A stretch of 64,000 nucleotides of DNA from Sumerlaeia bacterium (GTDB taxonomy: Bacteria > Sumerlaeota > Sumerlaeia > SLMS01 > JAHLLQ01): assembly GCA_040219255.1 (NCBI GenBank), contig JAVJSW010000060.1:1-64000 (forward strand), read 5' to 3'. The notes under the pieces are model-generated. The model saw nothing but the letters and a program-made list of their open reading frames with translations. It had not been told where the DNA came from and searched no databases. How positions within the stretch are numbered: the first letter of the stretch is position 1; each line of letters starts with the position of its first letter. Made by a program: the position numbers and the translations under genes. Shown here in pieces: positions 1-8,535 of this stretch.

Positions 1-56
1 GCCTGCCAGTGCGTTCGCTTCGCGCCGGATGTGAAGCCGGGGGTCTTGTGTTCCAT
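1..56 (-). CDS. 5' fragment of a CDS running off the window (MEHKTPGFTSGAKRTHWQ...)
   Basis: ATG at 56 preceded by a GGAGAG RBS-like sequence on the minus strand; frame open to the window edge. Confidence 0.3.
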   Translation of the reverse strand, partial: MEHKTPGFTSGAKRTHWQ

Positions 57-461
57 GACCTGCTCTCCGTGTATAAAATGAGGAGGCAGAATCGCACAGG
101 ACCCCGGCGATGGTCAAGATGGGGCTCGTAGGACGTTTACCGAAAAGCCATACAGGCTTACGAATCGATAGTCCACATACCCATTGATTTATCTCGGATG
201 GAGGATCGAGGCCAGCGGTTGAATTCGGAGGATACCCATGGAAGTTCTGATCGGGATAGCATCCCTGCTCATTTTAGGCGTCATTATTTTCTCATATATC
301 ATGTTTTTTCGCCGGCCTCGTTTGACATCCGAGACGAATCGATTCTCCACATCCAAGATAGAGGAGTTTCCACCCCGATAGACATTTTGATCCCAATCAC
401 GTCCTAACGAAAATACAATCGACATACTTGGACGATGTAACCCCTTACGGAGGAATTTTTT

Positions 462-647
462 ATGAGTACCCTGCTCAAAGTCTTCATCGCTTTTGCCGTC
501 ATCGCACTGATCGCCGCTCTTCTCGGCTTCGGTGGAATCGCCGGACTTTCCGTCGAAATCGCCCAGATCGCCCTCGTGGCCTTCGTCATCCTGGCTATCC
601 TGGCCGTCATCTTCGGCTTCATGGGCCGTGGACGCCGGACTGTCTAA
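462..647 (+). CDS. DUF1328/UPF0391 (YtjA-like) small membrane protein, copy 1
   Basis: IALIAALLGFGGIAG motif; GGAGG RBS upstream. Confidence 0.85.
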   Translation: MSTLLKVFIAFAVIALIAALLGFGGIAGLSVEIAQIALVAFVILAILAVIFGFMGRGRRTV

Positions 648-697
648 ACCCTCTCCCAACGCACAAATCGACAAGCGTCTTAATTGGCGCACACCTT

Positions 698-725
698 TGG
701 GGAACTCCGCTTCAGGAGTTCCCCA
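698..725. terminator. Hairpin between the two DUF1328 genes
   Basis: TGGGGAACTCC-gcttca-GGAGTTCCCCA inverted repeat; no clear U-tract. Confidence 0.45.
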
Positions 726-762
726 CCTTAGTTAACTCACAATCGATGGAAGGAACACCATA

Positions 763-954
763 ATGGATATGTTACTCAAAGCGTTCATTGGATTTGCCAT
801 CATCGCTCTGATCGCGGCGCTATTGGGCTTCGGCGGCATCGCCGGCTTGTCCGCCGGAATCGCGAAAATCGCCCTGATCGCGTTCGTCATTCTCGCCGCG
901 CTGGCGATCGTCTTCGGCATCTTTGGCTATCGCGGCCGCCGCCGCGTGCTCTAA
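763..954 (+). CDS. DUF1328/UPF0391 small membrane protein, copy 2
   Basis: IALIAALLGFGGIAGLSAGIAKI motif; paralog of 462-647. Confidence 0.85.
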   Translation: MDMLLKAFIGFAIIALIAALLGFGGIAGLSAGIAKIALIAFVILAALAIVFGIFGYRGRRRVL

Positions 955-957
955 CCG

Positions 958-2175
958 CTACTCCACCCCAACTCCGCGCTCGCGAGCGAGGCTCCGGAAG
1001 TAATCCACCTTCTCCGTCAGCATCCCCCGCGTCTCCTCGCTGAACGCGCTCTCGGCGATTTGCTGAGCCGCTTCCTCCAGGATGTCGCGCGTCCGCTCAT
1101 CCGAAACCCCGGTGAATTGCCCGCAGCCCTTGCAGGCCTCCAGGTACTTCGCGTTCGTGAAGGTCTTGCGCAGGCCTTGGGCCGCCGGGCCGTTCCATTG
1201 CTCCTCCAGAGGCGCCTTCGCCGTGTTGCCCAGCGATTTGTCCAGGTAACAGCACGGCTTCATGTTGCCGTCGCGTTCCACGATCAGCGCCCGCCACGCG
1301 CTCGGACATCCGTAGCGCATCCCGCGCTCCACCGGCGGCGGCGGCTCCTCGCGGAAGGGCAGCGGCTTTTGGAAGAAATAGACGCAATCGACGCCCAGCT
1401 TCGCCGCCGTGCGTTTCGCCCGCTCCAGGTTCCAGCGGAACACCTTGGTCCCCACGATGTTGGCATGGGCGTGTTCCGGGTGATCCAGAACCAGATTGCT
1501 GAACGCGATGCGGTCGGCGCCCAGGCGCTTGGTCAGGCGCACCATGGCGCTCAGTTGCCAGACGTTGTACTTGCTGATGGCGCAGGCGATATGGACCCGC
1601 GGCGTGGTCAGGCCCCGCTCGCGGCGGCGCGTCAGCAGTGCCCCCACGTTGTGGAGCACCGTCTCGAAATGGGCCCCGGCGCGCAGGAACTCGAAGGTCC
1701 GCTTGTTCGCGCCGTCCATCGACACGCACAGCTCGTCGAGCCCGCTTTCGAGCACCTTGTCGATCACTTCGTCGGTCAGGCTCATGCCGTGGCTCGACGT
1801 CATGCAGTAGGTACCCTGGGCCTTTGCGGCGGCCAGGAAATCGAAGAAGCGCTTGTTCAGGAACGGTTCGCCCAGGCCATAGAGCCCGGTCCGCAGGCTG
1901 GCCTCCAGGTGGGGAACGATGGGATCGAAGTGCTCTTCCTTCAGCAACCCGCTCTTCACCTCGGCGCCAAAGGTCTGGCGCGGGCAGAAGGGGCACTTGA
2001 TATTGCAGACCACCGAGGTCGCGATGTCGTAATGGGTCGGCCGGGCGTGGGCCTGCGGATCGAGATAGGTGGAGTCCAGGAGCGACAGCACGGCGTTGAC
2101 CTCGCGCGGGTCATCGACCGCCGGGCTGTGCGCCGGGGCTTCCAGGGGGCTTGTGGTGGCTGCGCTGTCCGCCAT
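958..2175 (-). CDS. Radical SAM protein with C-terminal SPASM/twitch domain
   Basis: CNIKCPFC motif, GLGEPFL, SMDG, C-terminal CPSAW...DGNMKPCC...CKGC; start placed at MADSAA. Confidence 0.85.
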   Translation of the reverse strand: MADSAATTSPLEAPAHSPAVDDPREVNAVLSLLDSTYLDPQAHARPTHYDIATSVVCNIKCPFCPRQTFGAEVKSGLLKEEHFDPIVPHLEASLRTGLYGLGEPFLNKRFFDFLAAAKAQGTYCMTSSHGMSLTDEVIDKVLESGLDELCVSMDGANKRTFEFLRAGAHFETVLHNVGALLTRRRERGLTTPRVHIACAISKYNVWQLSAMVRLTKRLGADRIAFSNLVLDHPEHAHANIVGTKVFRWNLERAKRTAAKLGVDCVYFFQKPLPFREEPPPPVERGMRYGCPSAWRALIVERDGNMKPCCYLDKSLGNTAKAPLEEQWNGPAAQGLRKTFTNAKYLEACKGCGQFTGVSDERTRDILEEAAQQIAESAFSEETRGMLTEKVDYFRSLARERGVGVE

Positions 2176-2332
2176 AGAGTGGATCATCCTCCGCCGCACC
2201 ACCGAAGCGGATCGGGCCGATCTCTGGCAAGGCGTTTCCGCCGCGCCGCTGACCTTTAGGTTGGCACCACCCCGGCCTTTCGCCTCAAAGAAATCACGTC
2301 CGAATTCTCCCAAAGGAGCCCCGCGCCCACCC

Positions 2333-2599
2333 ATGGAACTCAGCCTGTTCGCCTTTTTCGCCATCCTGCAGAACATCCTGTTCGTGTACGTTCTCATCCA
2401 GCTCTTCCGAGAGGAAGGTCCCCTGGCGCTGATTCTCGGCATCTGCTGCTGCAACGTGCTGGCGTACCTGTGGGGATGGTTCGGCTGGGAAGGGAAGGAA
2501 AAAATGCCCGTCATGATCGCCTGGACGGTGCTGTGGCTGATCAACGGGACGCTGGGCTGGGTCAGCCGCGACGCCATCATGGGCGTGGCGGGGTCGTGA
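2333..2599 (+). CDS. Small hypothetical membrane protein
   Basis: AAGGAG RBS; about three hydrophobic segments; CCC motif. Confidence 0.65.
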   Translation: MELSLFAFFAILQNILFVYVLIQLFREEGPLALILGICCCNVLAYLWGWFGWEGKEKMPVMIAWTVLWLINGTLGWVSRDAIMGVAGS

Positions 2600-3734
2600 C
2601 GCGGTAGGGAAAGTAGCGTTTCAGCGAGTTCAGCGGCCCTTCGAAGAAGTGCCAGGAGAGGGAAGCCGCGGCGACGGAAAACCCGAGGCAGGTCAGCGTC
2701 AGCATCGCCTCGTACAGGTGCCAGGGCCACTTGAGTTCGTCTACGAAGAAGCCGATGTAGACCGGGCCGAGAAGAAACGGTACGAGGAAGTGGTAAACGT
2801 AGATGCCGTAGGAAATCCGGCCCAGGTAGACCATGGGCCGGGCCTGGAGGAACCAGCCCGCCGGACCGCCCACGCCCTGGCTTAGGCGATGGATGAGCCA
2901 CAAGCCGGTCATGCCCCAGAAGGTGCCGCCGAGGATCAGGTAGGAGGATTCGCCGAGGAGCGCGATGTGGCCTCGCGAACCGCCCCAGAGAAGGAGAAAA
3001 AGGGCGAGGGCCCCGAGGGCTCCAAAGATCCAGCGTTTTCCCTCCAGCTCCCGGAAGAGAGGCTGGCGGACCTCCCGCCAGACCGCCAGCAGCGCTCCGA
3101 AACCCAGCGCGTCCATGTTCGTGATGGGCAGGCCGAAGAAGGACGGAAAGTAGGGGACTTCGAGCAGGACCATGGCGAGGCGGAAGGCGGCGGCACCGGC
3201 AATCAGGGCTCCGCAAAGCCAGGGCAGCAGGCGGCGCGGCGGCACCAGCACCGCCAGGGGCCAGAGCAGATAGAACTGCTCCTCGACGCTGAGCGTCCAG
3301 AAATGCCCGTAGTGGTAGCCCCAGTTGCCGGTGATCGAGCCATAGATGTTGTAGGTATAGGTGAGCAGCCAGGGCGCGAGTTCGCGCCCGTTGCCGTAGT
3401 TCGTCAGGATGCCAACCAGCAGGAAGCCGTAGTAGAGCGGAAAAATCCGCAGCGTACGGCGGGCGTAGAAGGCCTTCAGCGTGGCGCCCAGCGATTGTCC
3501 TTTCTCCATGTGGGAGCGGCACCTGAGAAGAATCCGCGTGATGAGAAAGGCGCTGAGCGTGAAGAAAACTTGGATGGCGGCGTAGTCGAGCGGCAGGCCG
3601 AGGAGGAAATCGTTTTGAATCGCCGGGCCGCAGTGCGCGAGAATCACGATCAGGACGGCGCAGGCGCGCAGCCCGTCGAGTTGCGGCATGTGACTCAGGG
3701 GCGGAGCGGCGCCCGGGGGCGATGGGGAACTCAT
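2577..3734 (-). CDS. Acyltransferase 3 (OafA/YrhL family) membrane O-acyltransferase
   Basis: QLDGLRA, FFTLSAFLIT, FYARRTLRIFPLYY, HFWTLSVEEQFYLLWP, LGRISYGIYVYH motifs. Confidence 0.9.
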   Translation of the reverse strand: MSSPSPPGAAPPLSHMPQLDGLRACAVLIVILAHCGPAIQNDFLLGLPLDYAAIQVFFTLSAFLITRILLRCRSHMEKGQSLGATLKAFYARRTLRIFPLYYGFLLVGILTNYGNGRELAPWLLTYTYNIYGSITGNWGYHYGHFWTLSVEEQFYLLWPLAVLVPPRRLLPWLCGALIAGAAAFRLAMVLLEVPYFPSFFGLPITNMDALGFGALLAVWREVRQPLFRELEGKRWIFGALGALALFLLLWGGSRGHIALLGESSYLILGGTFWGMTGLWLIHRLSQGVGGPAGWFLQARPMVYLGRISYGIYVYHFLVPFLLGPVYIGFFVDELKWPWHLYEAMLTLTCLGFSVAAASLSWHFFEGPLNSLKRYFPYRVTTPPRP

Positions 3735-3840
3735 TGCGTGTGGGAGCCGCCGGCCGGAGCGAAGTAGGCTTTGCGCGCATGCGCGGGAGCGGATTAGAAA
3801 ACGCCATCGCTCCGCTGCAAAGGAAAACTCCCTCCGCGCC

Positions 3841-5250
3841 ATGGCCAGGCCCCTCGTTTCCGCTTCCAATCAGGACACCATCGCCGCCCGGGCCACGGCT
3901 CCGGGAGAGGGCGCTATCGCCGTGGTGCGGCTCAGCGGACCGCGGGCGCGGGCCATCGGGGCGCGGCTCTTCCGGCCCGCCAGCGCCGCCCAGGGCCTGG
4001 ACCGGGTGGCGGCGCGGCAGGCGGTTTTCGGCGAGTTGATCCTGCCCGGCGAGCGCGCCGAACTGCTCGACCAGGCCGTCGCCACGGTCTGGCACGGGCC
4101 CCATTCCTACACCGGCGAGGACGTCGTGGAATTCAGCATCCATGGCGCCCGCGTGATCGTCGAGCGCCTGATCGGGGCCTGCGTGGCGGAGGGCGCGCGG
4201 CTGGCGGCTCCCGGCGAGTTCACCCGGCGGGCCTTCGAGAACGGCAAGCTGGACCTGGCCCAAGCGGAAGCGGTCTGCGACCTGATCCGGTCGCAGACCG
4301 AGGCGGCGGGGCGGGCGGCGCTGGCGCAGTTGAGTGGCGGCCTGTCGCGGCGGCTCGAGGGCGCGCGGCAGAGCCTGGTTCCCGTCGTGGCCGAGCTGGA
4401 GGCCCACGTCGATTTCCCCGACGAAGGGCTGGAAATCGCCACGCGCGAGCGCCTGTCCGCAGCGGTCGAGAAGGCGGCGGGCGAGATTGAGACTCTTCTG
4501 GAAAGCGCGGGGCGGGGGATGGCGCTGCGCGATGGGGCGCGGGTGGTTCTGGCCGGGCGGCCGAACGCTGGTAAGTCCAGTCTGTTCAATCTTTTGCTCC
4601 GGCGCGAGCGGGCCATCGTGTCGCCCCACGCGGGCACCACCCGCGACACCGTCGAGGCCCAGGTGGACCTGGGCGGCGTGGCGGTGACGCTGGTGGACAC
4701 GGCGGGGCTGCGCGAGGGCGCGGGCGAGATCGAGGCCATCGGCATCGCCCGCACGCGCGAGGAGTTGGCTTCCGCCGACCTGGTGCTGTTCCTGGCCGAT
4801 TGCACGGAAGTTCTCGGCGCGACGCGGCGTGAGTACGACCTGACCCGCGCCATCCCCCACATCGTGGTCGCGAACAAGGCCGACGCGGGCGACGCGCTCG
4901 CTCTGGAGAGTGAGCTGAAACTTCCCGCCCGGCGGGCCTTCGTCGCGCTGAGCGTCGCCACCCGCGCCGGTTTCGAGGATCTGGAGGCGGCGCTGATCCG
5001 CGAAGTCGCCCACGCCGCCAGCGGCGAGCAAGGGGCGCTGGTCACGAACCGCCGCCACGTCCGCGCGCTCGAAACGGCGCTGGAGGCGTTGCGAGGGTCG
5101 CTGGAGGGCTTGGCGTCGGACCTCTCCGCCGAGTTCGTCGTGGTCGATTTGACGGAAGCGATCGCCCAACTCGACGCCATCACAGGGCGGCAGGGGCTGG
5201 ACGAGGACGTGCTGGACCAGATTTTTTCGACGTTTTGCCTGGGGAAATGA
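3841..5250 (+). CDS. mnmE: tRNA modification GTPase MnmE (TrmE)
   Basis: DTIAARAT, SYTGEDVVE, GEFTRRAF, GRPNAGKSS, GTTRD, DTAG, NKAD, C-terminal FCLGK. Confidence 0.97.
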   Translation: MARPLVSASNQDTIAARATAPGEGAIAVVRLSGPRARAIGARLFRPASAAQGLDRVAARQAVFGELILPGERAELLDQAVATVWHGPHSYTGEDVVEFSIHGARVIVERLIGACVAEGARLAAPGEFTRRAFENGKLDLAQAEAVCDLIRSQTEAAGRAALAQLSGGLSRRLEGARQSLVPVVAELEAHVDFPDEGLEIATRERLSAAVEKAAGEIETLLESAGRGMALRDGARVVLAGRPNAGKSSLFNLLLRRERAIVSPHAGTTRDTVEAQVDLGGVAVTLVDTAGLREGAGEIEAIGIARTREELASADLVLFLADCTEVLGATRREYDLTRAIPHIVVANKADAGDALALESELKLPARRAFVALSVATRAGFEDLEAALIREVAHAASGEQGALVTNRRHVRALETALEALRGSLEGLASDLSAEFVVVDLTEAIAQLDAITGRQGLDEDVLDQIFSTFCLGK

Positions 5251-5564
5251 GGGGCGATTGCCGCAAAGGGGACAGGGCTCCCAAACCGCGATGGGCGTGC
5301 GGCTGGCGGCGGTGCTCGGGTGGGCTTTTCGGTTCGTGTTCACGGGAGGCGGCTCCTGGGAGGCGTTGACTTCGGAGAGAGGCTTTCACAGGCGATCCCG
5401 TTTGTCCCCTCATGTGGAGACTCGGGAACAAGATAGACAAAATACACTTATCAGACAAAACAGACATCGGCCCCGCCGCCCTTTGGACTTGAAGTTGCTG
5501 GCTGACCATTCGACAGTGGCGAACGGCGGAGGGGCGGGCCTTTCCGCCGGACCGGACGCCGCCC

Positions 5565-7139
5565 ATGGCAGGCCTTTTACCGATGAGCAAACCGCGCAAG
5601 AAGCCCAGTTCCAACGATTCGCGCCAGGAGGCCAGCTTCCTCCTGGGGCTCGATCTGTTCCGCCACTTCGATCTCGGCGTGGCCGTGGTGGATCAGAACC
5701 TGGTGGTGCGGGAATGGAACGCGATGCTGGAGGAATACTGGCACCCGCAGGGCGAAGCGGTGGGGCAACCGTGGCTGGAGTTGATGGAGCCGTTCCGCGC
5801 GCCGGACGCGGACTTGATGCCGGTGGTGGAGGCGCTGCAGGGCGCGCTGATGGGGCGGACGGTGCAGATTCAGAACCACCCGCTGATCGTTTACCCGGAA
5901 CCCCGGCTGCGGCGGTTCAACGCGGTGGCGGCGCCGGTGGCCAGCGGCAACGGCCGCAAGGGGCCGCTGGCGGCCCTGATCCTGATGGACGCGAGCAGCA
6001 GCCGGGAAGTGCGCGCGCATTACGAGCGCATTCTCGACAGCGCCAGCGACGGCATCATGGTGCTGGACCCGAACCGGCGGGTGCGAATTTTCAACCGCAA
6101 GTGCGGCGAATTGATCGGCCGCGATCCAAAGGACGTGATCCGCAACAACTGCGTCTGTGGCGAGGCCATCGGCTGTCACAACCACCGGGGACAATCGCTG
6201 AGCGACCACGGCCTGTGCCCCGCCGTCGATCTCTTCGAGAACAACGCCAAGCCCCGCGCCGAGGAAATGCTCTGCACCAACGAAGGCGGCGAAGACCGCT
6301 GGGTGGAAACGACTTACAGTCCGGTCAAGAATGACAAGGGGCAGGTTGAGTTCGTCATCGGCGTGATGCGCGACATCAACGAACGCAAGATCCTGGAAGA
6401 GCGCCTCAGCCAGACGGAAAAGCTGGCCGCGCTGGGTCAGTTGACCGCTGGTATCGCCCATGAAATCAAGAATCCGCTGGGGATCATGCTGGCCTCCTGC
6501 GAAATTCTGACGGACCCCAGCCGCCCCCGGGAAATGCAGATGGAGGCGGCCCAGTACATCAAGGAAGAGGTGCAGCGGCTCGACGCGCGGTTGCGTTCGT
6601 TCCTGGCCTTCGCGCGGCCCCAACCCCTCCATCCCGAGCCCTTCGTGCTGAACGGGCTGGTACGGCGGACGCTGACGACCTTCCAGGCGGCACGGCCGCA
6701 GATCGAGATTTCTCTCGAACTCGAATCGCCCGAAGTGATCGTTCACTTCGACATGGATCAGCTCCAGCAGGTGCTGACGAACCTGCTGCTGAACGCCTCG
6801 GACGCGATGGACGGCCACGGGAAAATCCGCCTGATCACGCGCAGCACCAAGGACGGTGAGGTGTTCCTGGAAGTCCACGACACCGGCCCCGGCATTCCCG
6901 AAACCCACCGCAAACGGATTTTCGATCCGTTCTTCACCACGAAAGCGCACGGCACAGGGCTTGGCCTGTCGATCAGCCACCGCATCATCACGGCCCACGG
7001 CGGCGCGTTTTCCGTGAAGCGCTCGCGGCTGGGCGGGGCGCGGTTCATCATTCAACTGCCGCTGGCGGGGGTGAAGCCGAACAATGGGAGCGGACTGCCG
7101 ATGGAGGGCCGCGAGGCGGAGCAGGCTGGTGACGCCTGA
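5565..7139 (+). CDS. Cytoplasmic PAS-domain sensor histidine kinase (NtrB-like)
   Basis: PAS domains; EKLAALGQLTAGIAHEIKNPL H-box; NLLLNA, DTGPG, FFTTK, GTGLGL boxes; start may be 5583. Confidence 0.92.
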   Translation: MAGLLPMSKPRKKPSSNDSRQEASFLLGLDLFRHFDLGVAVVDQNLVVREWNAMLEEYWHPQGEAVGQPWLELMEPFRAPDADLMPVVEALQGALMGRTVQIQNHPLIVYPEPRLRRFNAVAAPVASGNGRKGPLAALILMDASSSREVRAHYERILDSASDGIMVLDPNRRVRIFNRKCGELIGRDPKDVIRNNCVCGEAIGCHNHRGQSLSDHGLCPAVDLFENNAKPRAEEMLCTNEGGEDRWVETTYSPVKNDKGQVEFVIGVMRDINERKILEERLSQTEKLAALGQLTAGIAHEIKNPLGIMLASCEILTDPSRPREMQMEAAQYIKEEVQRLDARLRSFLAFARPQPLHPEPFVLNGLVRRTLTTFQAARPQIEISLELESPEVIVHFDMDQLQQVLTNLLLNASDAMDGHGKIRLITRSTKDGEVFLEVHDTGPGIPETHRKRIFDPFFTTKAHGTGLGLSISHRIITAHGGAFSVKRSRLGGARFIIQLPLAGVKPNNGSGLPMEGREAEQAGDA

Positions 7140-8360
7140 TCAGCGAGCCCCCACCCCGGAACCCGCCTCGATGCGATGAAGTTTGCGCCAGGCCCCCGGC
7201 GCCAGGCCGGTTTCCTGGGAAAAAATCCCCGACAGGTAAGACGCACGCCGGAAGCCGCAAGCTTCCGCCACTTCGTCCAGCGGCCATTCGGTGCGGCGCA
7301 GCAAGTCCTTGGCTTTGCGCAGGCGCTGCTTGCGGATGCTGTTGTTGATCGAATCCTTCACCGTGTGGCGGAAGCGCTGCTCCAGCGTCCGCCGCGACAC
7401 GCCGGTGGCGTGGGCGATGTCGTCCACGCTCAACGCCGTTCCCAGGTTCTCGCCAATGTAGGCCAACGCGCGCTGCACCGCTTCGTCCTCCACGGCGGTC
7501 ACTTCCGTGGACATGCGGGTGACAACGCCTTTGGGCGGGACTTTGCGGATGGCGCGGTCGGGGGTTTTGCCTTCCAGGACCTGATGCAGCAGGGCGGCGG
7601 CCTGAAAGCCGACGGCTTCCGGGTTGGGTTCGACGCTGGAGAGCGTGGGGAGTTGGGACTCGCAGATGATCGTGTTGTTGTCCACGCCGAGGATTGCCAC
7701 ATCCGTCGGCACGGCGAGGCCGAGGGTCTCGCAGGCTTCGAGCAGGTGGAGCGCCCGGCGGTCGTCCGACGCCATCAGGGCCAAGGGCTTGGGGACGGCG
7801 TCGAGCCACTCGAGCAAGCGCTCGGCGGTGACGGCGTCCTTGCCATGCCAGCCGAGGAGGCGGGGCGCGGGGTCGTAGTCGAAGGGTTCGAGGACCTGGG
7901 CTCCGGCGGCTTCGGCGGCCCGCTTCAGGCCCTCGAAGCGGCGCACGTCCCAGGCGTTGCCGAAATGGCCGGCGTAGGCCACGTAGCGGAAACCGCGCTC
8001 GAGGAAGTGCTGGGCGCCCATGCGGCCCACTTCCACATCGTCGGTGACGACGGCGTGAAATGGTTCGCCGGGGTGCAGGTCGAGGAGCTTGACGGTGGGG
8101 GTGTTGGACTCGATGGCGGCGTTGGTGATGGCCGGGTTGTCGGTGGCCAGGACAATGCCCGCCACGCCCATCTCCGACAGGTTGTCGAAGGAGAAGATGC
8201 GGCTGGAGAGGGACAGGCAATCGCCATGGAACATCAGGCGCCAGCGCGTGTGGCGGCGGGCGTAGTGAATCACGCCGTAGAAGGCGCGGCCTCGGTAGAC
8301 GTCGGCGAAGCGGTCGTTGTTGGCAATATCCAGGACAATTACAGGGGCGGCGTCGGTCAT
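7140..8360 (-). CDS. XylR-type regulator (LacI-like sensing domain plus AraC HTH)
   Basis: VPTDVAILGVDN, PTLSSVE, VVTRMST, SRRTLEQRFR, VAEACGF; divergent from the GH13 gene. Confidence 0.9.
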   Translation of the reverse strand: MTDAAPVIVLDIANNDRFADVYRGRAFYGVIHYARRHTRWRLMFHGDCLSLSSRIFSFDNLSEMGVAGIVLATDNPAITNAAIESNTPTVKLLDLHPGEPFHAVVTDDVEVGRMGAQHFLERGFRYVAYAGHFGNAWDVRRFEGLKRAAEAAGAQVLEPFDYDPAPRLLGWHGKDAVTAERLLEWLDAVPKPLALMASDDRRALHLLEACETLGLAVPTDVAILGVDNNTIICESQLPTLSSVEPNPEAVGFQAAALLHQVLEGKTPDRAIRKVPPKGVVTRMSTEVTAVEDEAVQRALAYIGENLGTALSVDDIAHATGVSRRTLEQRFRHTVKDSINNSIRKQRLRKAKDLLRRTEWPLDEVAEACGFRRASYLSGIFSQETGLAPGAWRKLHRIEAGSGVGAR

Positions 8361-8535
8361 GGATCGTCCTTTCAGGGAGTTCTTTTCTCCGGGATGATTA
8401 TGACTCTGCAATCTGAAATCGGGATATTGGACAAAAAATGCGCGATTCCATAATTGAACCGCGTCGCAATTCCGAGTTGTATGGCCGCGTCTCGCGTTTG
8501 ACGCGAGATCGATACACACTTTCTGGAGTCCCTCT

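Noticed and set aside
504-506. Genome-wide reassignment of GCA to Leu implied by the odd tRNA
   Set aside because: GCA at 504-506 aligns with GCT (Ala) in the paralog at 805-807, and GCA at 42863-42865 encodes a conserved Ala in Prs.
958-2599. Radical SAM/SPASM enzyme plus neighbouring small ORFs as a RiPP cluster
   Set aside because: The small neighbours are hydrophobic membrane proteins on the opposite strand; no precursor, RRE domain or exporter is evident.
958-5343. 1461-aa ORF on the minus strand
   Set aside because: Only the last ~405 aa (radical SAM) are protein-like. The rest is antisense to mnmE and out of frame with the acyltransferase, a high-GC artefact.
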